This document shows positions 38,501 to 53,500 of a DNA stretch of 64,000 nucleotides, in pieces. The stretch spans positions 7,130,001 to 7,194,000 of the forward strand of contig NC_079169.1 in the NCBI RefSeq assembly GCF_947568905.1, in the 5' to 3' direction. This stretch comes from Ostrea edulis. Taxonomy: Eukaryota. The notes below the pieces were generated by a model. The model was not told the origin of the DNA. It did not search any database and saw only the letters and a program-made list of their open reading frames with translations. Position numbers and translations under genes: made by a program. Positions within the stretch are counted from its first letter, which is position 1. Every line of letters begins with the position of its first letter.

Positions 38501-41500
38501 ATGTTGATGTACCTGCGGATGTAGACATACTGGCTTCAGTTGTGGTGCTTTCAGTTGAACTTTCAACTGCGCTTGTAGATTGTGCAGTTGTTGTGCTAGC
38601 ATCAGTAGTAGTTGTCGTTGCGCCTGATTCTGTTGTGGAACTAGACTGTGTACTGCTGGAAGCCATTTCTAGGGTTGTGCTACCGACTGTCGAAAACTCG
38701 GTTGTACCTACTTTTATAGAATAAAATGGGATCCTATTAGTTATTATTTGATAACAGCATGTATGACATAACGTTCAATTAAAGGATACAAAATATCACT
38801 AAGATATTTTAAATCTTTTTGCATTTGTCACTAATACCACACAGCCTTTTGATATGAAAGACATCACCTAATACAAGAGGAAAAGACAACTTGCCTTCAG
38901 TAGAAGTCGTTGTATCAACAATTGCTGATGCAGTTGTGGATCCAGAAGTAGATGTAGTGGGTTCAGATGTGATTGATTCTGATGTAGTCTCTGCTGTGCT
39001 TGAAGTATCTGCAGCTGAGGTGCTAGCGTCAGTACTGGTTGTTGTTGTGCCTGCCTGTGTTGCTGTGCTAGCCTGTGAACTGATGGACGTGGGTTCAGCA
39101 GTTGTGATGCTGAATGTTGACGATTCCGTAGTTTCTACTGTTGTGCTAGCCATCTCTGCAGTTGTTGATGTTGGCGTGTGTGCAGATGTAGATATACCGG
39201 TTTCAGTTGTAATGGTTTCAGTTGTAGACTCAACCGTGCTTGCAGATTCAGGAGATGTTGTGCTACCATCAGTTAGGGTTGTTGTTGTGCCCGATTCTGT
39301 TGTGGAGATAAACTGTGTACTTGTGGAAGCCATTTCTGCAGTTGTACCGCCCACTGTTGAGGACTCCGTGGTTTCAACTGTTGTGCTAGTTGTGTCTTGA
39401 ATTGTAGATGTTGGTGCTGCTGCGGTTGTAGATGTGCTAGCTTCAGGTGTGGTGCCTTCAGTCGTAGTCTCAAGTGCGCTTGTAGATTCAGCAGCGGTTG
39501 TGCTAGCATCAGTTGTGGATGCTGTTGCACCTGTTTCTGTTGTGGAGATAGACTGTGTACTCGTGGAAGTGATTTCTGCAGCAGTTGTGCTACTCACTGT
39601 CGACGACCCCATGGTTTCTACTGTTGTGCTAGTTGTTTCTGGAATTGTAGATGTTGGTGTCGCTGCGGATGTAGATGTACTGGCTTCACCTGTGACGGCT
39701 TCAGTCGTAGTCTCTACTGGGTTTGTGGATTGTGCATTTGTTGTGGCAGCATCAGTAGAAGAAGTTGTTGTTGCGCTTGATTCTGTTGTAAAGCTTGCCT
39801 GTGTACTGGTAGAAGTCATTTCTACTGTTGTGGTGCCCTCTGTCGAAGATTCCGTATTTGTAGATGTTGATGTACCTGTGGATGTAGACATACTGGCTTC
39901 AGTTGTGGTGCTTTCGGGTGAACTTTCAACTGCGCTTGTAGATTGTGCAGTTGTTGTGCTAGCATCAGTAGTAGTTGTCGTTGCGCCTGATTCTGTTGTG
40001 GAACTAGACTGTGTACTGCTGGAAGCCATTTCTAGGGTTGTGCTACCGACTGTCGAAAACTCGGTTGTACCTACTTTTATAGAATAAAATGGGATCCTAT
40101 TAGTTATTATTTGATAACAGCATGTATGACATAACTTTCAATTAAAGGATACAAAATATCACTAAGATATTTTAAATCTTTTTGCATTTGTCACTAATAC
40201 CACACAGCCTTTTAATATGAAAGACATCACCTAATACAAGAGGAAAAGACAACTTGCCTTCAGTAGAAGTCGTTGTATCAACAATTGCTGATGCAGTTGT
40301 GGATCCAGAAGTAGATGTAGTGGGTTCAGATGTGATTGATTCTGATGTAGTCTCTGCTGTGCTTGAAGTATCTGCAGCTGAGGTGCTAGCGTCAGTACTG
40401 GTTGTTGTTGTGCCTGCCTGTGTTGCTGTGCTAGCCTGTGAACTGATGGACGTGGGTTCAGCAGTTGTGATGCTGACTGTTGACGATTCCGTAGTTTCTA
40501 CTGTTGTGCTAGCCATCTCTGCAGTTGTTGATGTTGGCGTGTGTGCAGATGTAGATATACCGGTTCCAGTTGTAATGGTTTCAGTTGTAGACTCAACCGT
40601 GCTTGCAGATTCAGGCGATGTTGTGCTACCATCAGTTAGGGTTGTTGTTGTGCCCAATTCTGTTGTGGAGATAAACTGTGTACTTGTGGAAGCCATTTCT
40701 GCAGTTGTACCGCCCACTGTTGAGGACTCCGTAGTTTCAACTGTTGTGCTAGTTGTGTCTTGAATTGTAGATGTTGGTGCTGCTGCGGTTGTAGATGTGC
40801 TAGCTTCAGGTGTGGTGCCTTCAGTCGTAGTCTCAAGTGCGCTTGTAGATTCAGCAGCGGTTGTGCTAGCATCAGTTGTGGATGCTGTTGCACCTGTTTC
40901 TGTTGTGGAGATAGACTGTGTACTCGTGGAAGTGATTTCTGCAGCAGTTGTGCTACTCACTGTCGACGACCCCATGGTTTCTACTGTTGTGCTAGTTGTT
41001 TCTGGAATTGTAGATGTTGGTGTCGCTGCGGATGTAGATGTACTGGCTTCACCTGTGACGGCTTCAGTCGTAGTCTCTACTGGGTTTGTGGATTGTGCAT
41101 TTGTTGTGGCAGCATCAGTAGAAGAAGTTGTTGTTGCGCTTGATTCTGTTGTAAAGCTTGCCTGTGTACTGGTAGAAGTCATTTCTACTGTTGTGGTGCC
41201 CTCTGTCGAAGATTCCGTATTTGTAGATGTTGATGTACCTGCGGATGTAGACATACTGGCTTCAGTTGTGGTGCTTTCAGTTGAACTTTCAACTGCGCTT
41301 GTAGATTGTGCAGTTGTTGTGCTAGCATCAGTAGTAGTTGTCGTTGCGCCTGATTCTGTTGTGGAACTAGACTGTGTACTGCTGGAAGCCATTTCTAGGG
41401 TTGTGCTACCGACTGTCGAAAACTCGGTTGTACCTACTTTTATAGAATAAAATGGGATCCTATTAGTTATTATTTGATAACAGCATGTATGACATAACTT

Positions 41501-44500
41501 TCAATTAAAGGATACAAAATATCACTAAGATATTTTAAATCTTTTTGCATTTGTCACTAATACCACACAGCCTTTTGATATGAAAGACATCACCTAATAC
41601 AAGAGGAAAAGACAACTTGCCTTCAGTAGAAGTCGTTGTATCAACAATTGCTGATGCAGTTGTGGATCCAGAAGTAGATGTAGTGGGTTCAGATGTGATT
41701 GATTCTGATGTAGTCTCTGCTGTGCTTGAAGTATCTGCAGCTGAGGTGCTAGTGTCAGTACTGGTTGTTGTGCCTGCCTGTGTTGCTGTGCTAGCCTGTG
41801 AACTGATGGACGTGGGTTCAGCAGTTGAGATGCTGACTGTCGACGATTCCGTAGTTTCTACTGTTGTGCTAGCCATCTCTGCAGTTGTTGATGTTGGCGT
41901 GTGTGCGGATGTAGATATACCGGTTTCAGTTGTAATGGTTTCAGTTGTAGACTCAACCGTGCTTGTAGATTCAGGCGATGTTGTGCTACCATCAGTTAGG
42001 GTTGTTGTTGTGCCCGATTCTGTTGTGGAGATAAACTGTGTACTTGTGGAATCCATTTCTGCAGTTGTGCCGCCCACTGTTGAGGACTCCGTGGTTTCAA
42101 CTGTTGTGCTAGTTGTGTCTTGAATTGTAGATGTTGGTGCTGCTGCGGTTGTAGATGTGCTAGCTTCAGGTGTGGTGCCTTCAGTCGTAGTCTCAAGTGC
42201 GCTTGTAGATTCAGCAGCGGTTGTGCTAGCATCAGTTGTGGATGCTGTTGCACCTGTTTCTGTTGTGGAGATAGACTGTGTACTCGTGGAAGTGATTTCT
42301 GCAGCAGTTGTGCTACTCACTGTCGACGACCCCATGGTTTCTACTGTTGTGCTAGTTGTTTCTGGAATTGTAGATGTTGGTGTCGCTGCGGATGTAGATG
42401 TACTGGCTTCACCTGTGACGGCTTCAGTCGTAGTCTCTACTGGGTTTGTGGATTGTGCATTTGTTGTGGCAGCATCAGTAGAAGAAGTTGTTGTTGCGCT
42501 TGATTCTGTTGTAAAGCTTGCCTGTGTACTGGTAGAAGTCATTTCTACTGTTGTGGTGCCCTCTGTCGAAGATTCCGTATTTGTAGATGTTGATGTACCT
42601 GCGGATGTAGACATACTGGCTTCAGTTGTGGTGCTTTCAGTTGAACTTTCAACTGCGCTTGTAGATTGTGCAGTTGTTGTGCTAGCATCAGTAGTAGTTG
42701 TCGTTGCGCCTGATTCTGTTGTGGAACTAGACTGTGTACTGCTGGAAGCCATTTCTAGGGTTGTGCTACCGACTGTCGAAAACTCGGTTGTACCTACTTT
42801 TATAGAATAAAATGGGATCCTATTAGTTATTATTTGATAACAGCATGTATGACATAACTTTCAATTAAAGGATACAAAATATCACTAAGATATTTTAAAT
42901 CTTTTTGCATTTGTCACTAATACCACACAGCCTTTTGATATGAAAGACATCACCTAATACAAGAGGAAAAGACAACTTGCCTTCAGTAGAAGTCGTTGTA
43001 TCAACAATTGCTGATGCAGTTGTGGATCCAGAAGTAGATGTAGTGGGTTCAGATGTGATTGATTCTGATGTAGTCTCTGCTGTGCTTGAAGTATCTGCAG
43101 CTGAGGTGCTAGTGTCAGTACTGGTTGTTGTGCCTGCCTGTGTTGCTGTGCTAGCCTGTGAACTGATGGACGTGGGTTCAGCAGTTGAGATGCTGACTGT
43201 CGACGATTCCGTAGTTTCTACTGTTGTGCTAGCCATCTCTGCAGTTGTTGATGTTGGCGTGTGTGCGGATGTAGATATACCGGTTTCAGTTGTAATGGTT
43301 TCAGTTGTAGACTCAACCGTGCTTGTAGATTCAGGCGATGTTGTGCTACCATCAGTTAGGGTTGTTGTTGTGCCCGATTCTGTTGTGGAGATAAACTGTG
43401 TACTTGTGGAATCCATTTCTGCAGTTGTGCCGCCCACTGTTGAGGACTCCGTGGTTTCAACTGTTGTGCTAGTTGTGTCTTGAATTGTAGATGTTGGTGC
43501 TGCTGCGGTTGTAGATGTGCTAGCTTCAGGTGTGGTGCCTTCAGTCGTAGTCTCAAGTGCGCTTGTAGATTCAGCAGCGGTTGTGCTAGCATCAGTTGTG
43601 GATGCTGTTGCACCTGTTTCTGTTGTGGAGATAGACTGTGTACTCGTGGAAGTGATTTCTGCAGCAGTTGTGCTACTCACTGTCGACGACCCCATGGTTT
43701 CTACTGTTGTGCTAGTTGTTTCTGGAATTGTAGATGTTGGTGTCGCTGCGGATGTAGATGTACTGGCTTCACCTGTGACGGCTTCAGTCGTAGTCTCTAC
43801 TGGGTTTGTGGATTGTGCATTTGTTGTGGCAGCATCAGTAGAAGAAGTTGTTGTTGCGCTTGATTCTGTTGTAAAGCTTGCCTGTGTACTGGTAGAAGTC
43901 ATTTCTACTGTTGTGGTGCCCTCTGTCGAAGATTCCGTATTTGTAGATGTTGATGTACCTGCGGATGTAGACATACTGGCTTCAGTTGTGGTGCTTTCAG
44001 TTGAACTTTCAACTGCGCTTGTAGATTGTGCAGTTGTTGTGCTAGCATCAGTAGTAGTTGTCGTTGCGCCTGATTCTGTTGTGGAACTAGACTGTGTACT
44101 GCTGGAAGCCATTTCTAGGGTTGTGCTACCGACTGTCGAAAACTCGGTTGTACCTACTTTTATAGAATAAAATGGGATCCTATTAGTTATTATTTGATAA
44201 CAGCATGTATGACATAACGTTCAATTAAAGGATACAAAATATCACTAAGATATTTTAAATCTTTTTGCATTTGTCACTAATACCACACAGCCTTTTGATA
44301 TGAAAGACATCACCTAATACAAGAGGAAAAGACAACTTGCCTTCAGTAGAAGTCGTTGTATCAACAATTGCTGATGCAGTTGTGGATCCAGAAGTAGATG
44401 TAGTGGGTTCAGATGTGATTGATTCTGATGTAGTCTCTGCTGTGCTTGAAGTATCTGCAGCTGAGGTGCTAGCGTCAGTACTGGTTGTTGTTGTGCCTGC

Positions 44501-47500
44501 CTGTGTTGCTGTGCTAGCCTGTGAACTGATGGACGTGGGTTCAGCAGTTGTGATGCTGAATGTTGACGATTCCGTAGTTTCTACTGTTGTGCTAGCCATC
44601 TCTGCAGTTGTTGATGTTGGCGTGTGTGCAGATGTAGATATACCGGTTTCAGTTGTAATGGTTTCAGTTGTAGACTCAACCGTGCTTGCAGATTCAGGAG
44701 ATGTTGTGCTACCATCAGTTAGGGTTGTTGTTGTGCCCGATTCTGTTGTGGAGATAAACTGTGTACTTGTGGAAGCCATTTCTGCAGTTGTACCGCCCAC
44801 TGTTGAGGACTCCGTGGTTTCAACTGTTGTGCTAGTTGTGTCTTGAATTGTAGATGTTGGTGCTGCTGCGGTTGTAGATGTGCTAGCTTCAGGTGTGGTG
44901 CCTTCAGTCGTAGTCTCAAGTGCGCTTGTAGATTCAGCAGCGGTTGTGCTAGCATCAGTTGTGGATGCTGTTGCACCTGTTTCTGTTGTGGAGATAGACT
45001 GTGTACTCGTGGAAGTGATTTCTGCAGCAGTTGTGCTACTCACTGTCGACGACCCCATGGTTTCTACTGTTGTGCTAGTTGTTTCTGGAATTGTAGATGT
45101 TGGTGTCGCTGCGGATGTAGATGTACTGGCTTCACCTGTGACGGCTTCAGTCGTAGTCTCTACTGGGTTTGTGGATTGTGCATTTGTTGTGGCAGCATCA
45201 GTAGAAGAAGTTGTTGTTGCGCTTGATTCTGTTGTAAAGCTTGCCTGTGTACTGGTAGAAGTCATTTCTACTGTTGTGGTGCCCTCTGTCGAAGATTCCG
45301 TATTTGTAGATGTTGATGTACCTGCGGATGTAGACATACTGGCTTCAGTTGTGGTGCTTTCGGGTGAACTTTCAACTGCGCTTGTAGATTGTGCAGTTGT
45401 TGTGCTAGCATCAGTAGTAGTTGTCGTTGCGCCTGATTCTGTTGTGGAACTAGACTGTGTACTGCTGGAAGCCATTTCTAGGGTTGTGCTACCGACTGTC
45501 GAAAACTCGGTTGTACCTACTTTTATAGAATAAAATGGGATCCTATTAGTTATTATTTGATAACAGCATGTATGACATAACTTTCAATTAAAGGATACAA
45601 AATATCACTAAGATATTTTAAATCTTTTTGCATTTGTCACTAATACCACACAGCCTTTTGATATGAAAGACATCACCTAATACAAGAGGAAAAGACAACT
45701 TGCCTTCAGTAGAAGTCGTTGTATCAACAATTGCTGATGCAGTTGTGGATCCAGAAGTAGATGTAGTGGGTTCAGATGTGATTGATTCTGATGTAGTCTC
45801 TGCTGTGCTTGAAGTATCTGCAGCTGAGGTGCTAGTGTCAGTACTGGTTGTTGTGCCTGCCTGTGTTGCTGTGCTAGCCTGTGAACTGATGGACGTGGGT
45901 TCAGCAGTTGAGATGCTGACTGTCGACGATTCCGTAGTTTCTACTGTTGTGCTAGCCATCTCTGCAGTTGTTGATGTTGGCGTGTGTGCGGATGTAGATA
46001 TACCGGTTTCAGTTGTAATGGTTTCAGTTGTAGACTCAACCGTGCTTGTAGATTCAGGCGATGTTGTGCTACCATCAGTTAGGGTTGTTGTTGTGCCCGA
46101 TTCTGTTGTGGAGATAAACTGTGTACTTGTGGAATCCATTTCTGCAGTTGTGCCGCCCACTGTTGAGGACTCCGTGGTTTCAACTGTTGTGCTAGTTGTG
46201 TCTTGAATTGTAGATGTTGGTGCTGCTGCGGTTGTAGATGTGCTAGCTTCAGGTGTGGTGCCTTCAGTCGTAGTCTCAAGTGCGCTTGTAGATTCAGCAG
46301 CGGTTGTGCTAGCATCAGTTGTGGATGCTGTTGCACCTGTTTCTGTTGTGGAGATAGACTGTGTACTCGTGGAAGTGATTTCTGCAGCAGTTGTGCTACT
46401 CACTGTCGACGACCCCATGGTTTCTACTGTTGTGCTAGTTGTTTCTGGAATTGTAGATGTTGGTGTCGCTGCGGATGTAGATGTACTGGCTTCACCTGTG
46501 ACGGCTTCAGTCGTAGTCTCTACTGGGTTTGTGGATTGTGCATTTGTTGTGGCAGCATCAGTAGAAGAAGTTGTTGTTGCGCTTGATTCTGTTGTAAAGC
46601 TTGCCTGTGTACTGGTAGAAGTCATTTCTACTGTTGTGGTGCCCTCTGTCGAAGATTCCGTATTTGTAGATGTTGATGTACCTGCGGATGTAGACATACT
46701 GGCTTCAGTTGTGGTGCTTTCGGGTGAACTTTCAACTGCGCTTGTAGATTGTGCAGTTGTTGTGCTAGCATCAGTAGTAGTTGTCGTTGCGCCTGATTCT
46801 GTTGTGGAACTAGACTGTGTACTGCTGGAAGCCATTTCTAGGGTTGTGCTACCGACTGTCGAAAACTCGGTTGTACCTACTTTTATAGAATAAAATGGGA
46901 TCCTATTAGTTATTATTTGATAACAGCATGTATGACATAACTTTCAATTAAAGGATACAAAATATCACTAAGATATTTTAAATCTTTTTGCATTTGTCAC
47001 TAATACCACACACCCTTTTGATATGAAAGACATCACCTAATACAAGAGGAAAAGACAACTTGCCTTCAGTAGAAGTCGTTGTATCAACAATTGCTGATGC
47101 AGTTGTGGATCCAGAAGTAGATGTAGTGGGTTCAGATGTGATTGATTCTGATGTAGTCTCTGCTGTGCTTGAAGTATCTGCAGCTGAGGTGCTAGCGTCA
47201 GTACTGGTTGTTGTTGTGCCTGCCTGTGTTGCTGTGCTAGCCTGTGAACTGATGGACGTGGGTTCAGCAGTTGTGATGCTGACTGTTGACGATTCCGTAG
47301 TTTCTACTGTTGTGCTAGCCATCTCTGCAGTTGTTGATGTTGGCGTGTGTGCAGATGTAGATATACCGGTTCCAGTTGTAATGGTTTCAGTTGTAGACTC
47401 AACCGTGCTTGCAGATTCAGGCGATGTTGTGCTACCATCAGTTAGGGTTGTTGTTGTGCCCAATTCTGTTGTGGAGATAAACTGTGTACTTGTGGAAGCC

Positions 47501-50500
47501 ATTTCTGCAGTTGTACCGCCCACTGTTGAGGACTCCGTAGTTTCAACTGTTGTGCTAGTTGTGTCTTGAATTGTAGATGTTGGTGCTGCTGCGGTTGTAG
47601 ATGTGCTAGCTTCAGGTGTGGTGCCTTCAGTCGTAGTCTCAAGTGCGCTTGTAGATTCAGCAGCGGTTGTGCTAGCATCAGTTGTGGATGCTGTTGCACC
47701 TGTTTCTGTTGTGGAGATAGACTGTGTACTCGTGGAAGTGATTTCTGCAGCAGTTGTGCTACTCACTGTCGACGACCCCATGGTTTCTACTGTTGTGCTA
47801 GTTGTTTCTGGAATTGTAGATGTTGGTGTCGCTGCGGATGTAGATGTACTGGCTTCACCTGTGACGGCTTCAGTCGTAGTCTCTACTGGGTTTGTGGATT
47901 GTGCATTTGTTGTGGCAGCATCAGTAGAAGAAGTTGTTGTTGCGCTTGATTCTGTTGTAAAGCTTGCCTGTGTACTGGTAGAAGTCATTTCTACTGTTGT
48001 GGTGCCCTCTGTCGAAGATTCCGTATTTGTAGATGTTGATGTACCTGCGGATGTAGACATACTGGCTTCAGTTGTGGTGCTTTCAGTTGAACTTTCAACT
48101 GCGCTTGTAGATTGTGCAGTTGTTGTGCTAGCATCAGTAGTAGTTGTCGTTGCGCCTGATTCTGTTGTGGAACTAGACTGTGTACTGCTGGAAGCCATTT
48201 CTAGGGTTGTGCTACCGACTGTCGAAAACTCGGTTGTACCTACTTTTATAGAATAAAATGGGATCCTATTAGTTATTATTTGATAACAGCATGTATGACA
48301 TAACTTTCAATTAAAGGATACAAAATATCACTAAGATATTTTAAATCTTTTTGCATTTGTCACTAATACCACACAGCCTTTTGATATGAAAGACATCACC
48401 TAATACAAGAGGAAAAGACAACTTGCCTTCAGTAGAAGTCGTTGTATCAACAATTGCTGATGCAGTTGTGGATCCAGAAGTAGATGTAGTGGGTTCAGAT
48501 GTGATTGATTCTGATGTAGTCTCTGCTGTGCTTGAAGTATCTGCAGCTGAGGTGCTAGTGTCAGTACTGGTTGTTGTGCCTGCCTGTGTTGCTGTGCTAG
48601 CCTGTGAACTGATGGACGTGGGTTCAGCAGTTGAGATGCTGACTGTTGACGATTCCGTAGTTTCTACTGTTGTGCTAGCCATCTCTGCAGTTGTTGATGT
48701 TGGCGTGTGTGCGGATGTAGATATACCGGTTTCAGTTGTAATGGTTTCAGTTGTAGACTCAACCGTGCTTGTAGATTCAGGCGATGTTGTGCTACCATCA
48801 GTTAGGGTTGTTGTTGTGCCCGATTCTGTTGTGGAGATAAACTGTGTACTTGTGGAATCCATTTCTGCAGTTGTGCCGCCCACTGTTGAGGACTCCGTGG
48901 TTTCAACTGTTGTGCTAGTTGTGTCTTGAATTGTAGATGTTGGTGCTGCTGCGGTTGTAGATGTGCTAGCTTCAGGTGTGGTGCCTTCAGTCGTAGTCTC
49001 AAGTGCGCTTGTAGATTCAGCAGCGGTTGTGCTAGCATCAGTTGTGGATGCTGTTGCACCTGTTTCTGTTGTGGAGATAGACTGTGTACTCGTGGAAGTG
49101 ATTTCTGCAGCAGTTGTGCTACTCACTGTCGACGACCCCATGGTTTCTACTGTTGTGCTAGTTGTTTCTGGAATTGTAGATGTTGGTGTCGCTGCGGATG
49201 TAGATGTACTGGCTTCACCTGTGACGGCTTCAGTCGTAGTCTCTACTGGGTTTGTGGATTGTGCATTTGTTGTGGCAGCATCAGTAGAAGAAGTTGTTGT
49301 TGCGCTTGATTCTGTTGTAAAGCTTGCCTGTGTACTGGTAGAAGTCATTTCTACTGTTGTGGTGCCCTCTGTCGAAGATTCCGTATTTGTAGATGTTGAT
49401 GTACCTGCGGATGTAGACATACTGGCTTCAGTTGTGGTGCTTTCAGTTGAACTTTCAACTGCGCTTGTAGATTGTGCAGTTGTTGTGCTAGCATCAGTAG
49501 TAGTTGTCGTTGCGCCTGATTCTGTTGTGGAACTAGACTGTGTACTGCTGGAAGCCATTTCTAGGGTTGTGCTACCGACTGTCGAAAACTCGGTTGTACC
49601 TACTTTTATAGAATAAAATGGGATCCTATTAGTTATTATTTGATAACAGCATGTATGACATAACTTTCAATTAAAGGATACAAAATATCACTAAGATATT
49701 TTAAATCTTTTTGCATTTGTCACTAATACCACACAGCCTTTTGATATGAAAGACATCACCTAATACAAGAGGAAAAGACAACTTGCCTTCAGTAGAAGTC
49801 GTTGTATCAACAATTGCTGATGCAGTTGTGGATCCAGAAGTAGATGTAGTGGGTTCAGATGTGATTGATTCTGATGTAGTCTCTGCTGTGCTTGAAGTAT
49901 CTGCAGCTGAGGTGCTAGCGTCAGTACTGGTTGTTGTTGTGCCTGCCTGTGTTGCTGTGCTAGCCTGTGAACTGATGGACGTGGGTTCAGCAGTTGTGAT
50001 GCTGAATGTTGACGATTCCGTAGTTTCTACTGTTGTGCTAGCCATCTCTGCAGTTGTTGATGTTGGCGTGTGTGCAGATGTAGATATACCGGTTTCAGTT
50101 GTAATGGTTTCAGTTGTAGACTCAACCGTGCTTGCAGATTCAGGCGATGTTGTGCTACCATCAGTTAGGGTTGTTGTTGTGCCCGATTCTGTTGTGGAGA
50201 TAAACTGTGTACTTGTGGAATCCATTTCTGCAGTTGTGCCGCCCACTGTTGAGGACTCCGTGGTTTCAACTGTTGTGCTAGTTGTGTCTTGAATTGTAGA
50301 TGTTGGTGCTGCTGCGGTTGTAGATGTGCTAGCTTCAGGTGTGGTGCCTTCAGTCGTAGTCTCAAGTGCGCTTGTAGATTCAGCAGCGGTTGTGCTAGCA
50401 TCAGTTGTGGATGCTGTTGCACCTGTTTCTGTTGTGGAGATAGACTGTGTACTCGTGGAAGTGATTTCTGCAGCAGTTGTGCTACTCACTGTCGACGACC

Positions 50501-53500
50501 CCATGGTTTCTACTGTTGTGCTAGTTGTTTCTGGAATTGTAGATGTTGGTGTCGCTGCGGATGTAGATGTACTGGCTTCACCTGTGACGGCTTCAGTCGT
50601 AGTCTCTACTGGGTTTGTGGATTGTGCATTTGTTGTGGCAGCATCAGTAGAAGAAGTTGTTGTTGCGCTTGATTCTGTTGTAAAGCTTGCCTGTGTACTG
50701 GTAGAAGTCATTTCTACTGTTGTGGTGCCCTCTGTCGAAGATTCCGTATTTGTAGATGTTGATGTACCTGCGGATGTAGACATACTGGCTTCAGTTGTGG
50801 TGCTTTCGGGTGAACTTTCAACTGCGCTTGTAGATTGTGCAGTTGTTGTGCTAGCATCAGTAGTAGTTGTCGTTGCGCCTGATTCTGTTGTGGAACTAGA
50901 CTGTGTACTGCTGGAAGCCATTTCTAGGGTTGTGCTACCGACTGTCGAAAACTCGGTTGTACCTACTTTTATAGAATAAAATGGGATCCTATTAGTTATT
51001 ATTTGATAACAGCATGTATGACATAACTTTCAATTAAAGGATACAAAATATCACTAAGATATTTTAAATCTTTTTGCATTTGTCACTAATACCACACACC
51101 CTTTTGATATGAAAGACATCACCTAATACAAGAGGAAAAGACAACTTGCCTTCAGTAGAAGTCGTTGTATCAACAATTGCTGATGCAGTTGTGGATCCAG
51201 AAGTAGATGTAGTGGGTTCAGATGTGATTGATTCTGATGTAGTCTCTGCTGTGCTTGAAGTATCTGCAGCTGAGGTGCTAGCGTCAGTACTGGTTGTTGT
51301 TGTGCCTGCCTGTGTTGCTGTGCTAGCCTGTGAACTGATGGACGTGGGTTCAGCAGTTGTGATGCTGACTGTTGACGATTCCGTAGTTTCTACTGTTGTG
51401 CTAGCCATCTCTGCAGTTGTTGATGTTGGCGTGTGTGCAGATGTAGATATACCGGTTCCAGTTGTAATGGTTTCAGTTGTAGACTCAACCGTGCTTGCAG
51501 ATTCAGGCGATGTTGTGCTACCATCAGTTAGGGTTGTTGTTGTGCCCAATTCTGTTGTGGAGATAAAGTGTGTACTTGTGGAAGCCATTTCTGCAGTTGT
51601 ACCGCCCACTGTTGAGGACTCCGTTGTTTCAACTGTTGTGCTAGTTGTGTCTTGAATTGTAGATGTTGGTGCTGCTGCGGTTGTAGATGTGCTAGCTTCA
51701 GGTGTGGTGCCTTCAGTCGTAGTCTCAAGTGCGCTTGTAGATTCAGCAGCGGTTGTGCTAGCATCAGTTGTGGATGCTGTTGCACCTGTTTCTGTTGTGG
51801 AGATAGACTGTGTACTCGTGGAAGTGATTTCTGCAGCAGTTGTGCTACTCACTGTCGACGACCCCATGGTTTCTACTGTTGTGCTAGTTGTTTCTGGAAT
51901 TGTAGATGTTGGTGTCGCTGCGGATGTAGATGTACTGGCTTCACCTGTGACGGCTTCAGTCGTAGTCTCTACTGGGTTTGTGGATTGTGCATTTGTTGTG
52001 GCAGCATCAGTAGAAGAAGTTGTTGTTGCGCTTGATTCTGTGATAAAGCTTGCCTGTGTACTGGTGGCACTAATTTCTACTGTTGTGGTGCCCTCTGTCG
52101 AAGATTCTGTATTTGTAGATGTTGATGTACCTGCTGATGTAGACATACTGGCTTCAGTAGTGGTGCTTTCAGTTGAACTTTCAACTGCGCTTGTAGATTG
52201 TGCAGGTGTTGTGCTACCATCAGTAGGAGTTGATGATTCGCCTGATTCTGTTGTAGAGCTTGCTTGTGTACTTGTGGAGGTGATTTCTATTGTTTTGCTT
52301 CCTTCTGTCGAAGATTCCGTGTTGTCTGGTGTTGATGTAGTTATTTCTAAAGTTGTAGATGTTGATGTCTCTGCAGATGTAGATGTACTGGCTTCAGTTG
52401 TGGTGCTTTCAGTTGTACTTTCAACTGCACTTGTAGATTCTGTTGCCGTTGTGCTAGGTTCAGTTGTTGCTGCACTTGTTTCTGAATTTGTACTATCCAT
52501 TGTCGAAGACATTGTAGTTTCTGCTGTTGTAGTAGTTGTTTCTGGAATTGTGGAGGATGGTGTCGCTGCGGATGTAGATGTACTGGCTTCAGTTGTGACG
52601 GCTTCAGTCATACTCTCAGTTGTGCTTGTAGATTGTGCAGTTGTTGTGCTACCATCACTAGTAGTTGATGATGCGCCTGATTCTGTTGTAGAGCTTGCCT
52701 GTGTACTTGTGGAGGTGATTTCGATTGTTGTGCTTCCTTCTGTCGAAGATTCCGTGTTGTCTGGTGTTGATGTAGTTATTTCTAAAGTTGTAGATGTTGG
52801 TGTCTCTGTGGATGTAGATGTACTGGCTTCAGTTGTGAAGGTTTCGGTTGTGGTTTCAACTGTGATTGTGGGTTCTGCAACTGTTGTGCTTGAGTCAACA
52901 GTACTTGTTGTGCCTTGCTCTGTTGTTGTGCTAACCAGTGTACTCGTTGAAGTCGGTTGTACTGTTGTGCTTCCGACTGACGACGACTCCGTGGTGTGTA
53001 ATGTTGTGCTAGTTATATCTGCAATTGTAGATGTACTGCTTGTCCCTGTTGTAGTTGCACTGGGCTCAGTTGGGATGGCTTCAGTTGTTGTTTCAGATGT
53101 ACTTGTAGTTTCTGCTACTGTTATTCTGATGGTAGAACTCGCAGGTGTTGTCCCTATGTAAATGTATGCTTTTCATTTTATATTATCATTAGTTAAGTGT
53201 TTCACAAATTATGTTTCTTAAAATCACATTCTGAAAAAAGAAGAGGCTGTGTTTTCTTATTTGGTCTTTGGAAACGTTTGGATTACAGTAGTTACAAGTA
53301 TATTCTCATTCCACACAGTAGTGTGTATATTTCTTTCAGGACGCAAAATCATCCACATCTAGCACGTAAATGTGAATTTCTACGCAGATTACGATTATTT
53401 CACGGTGTACATTATTGTGGGTTATCTAGACAAACTCCTGCTTTGACCAAACGTATTGCATGGATTCAGGAGAACGACTAATTAAGCAATGCTTAGAATC

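Noticed and set aside
18979-52035. Cys-rich 127-aa plus-strand ORFs (MNCRCWCCC...) that look metallothionein- or keratin-associated-like
   Set aside because: Off-frame antisense reading of the same ACA-rich repeat; TGT/TGC arise automatically.
18364-52611. Each 405-415 aa MASSS... ORF as a separate tandem gene or bacterial-type adhesin
   Set aside because: No signal peptide or promoter-sized spacer. The frame is open upstream of the ATG to a splice acceptor, and GC donor/AG acceptor pairs join the units in phase.
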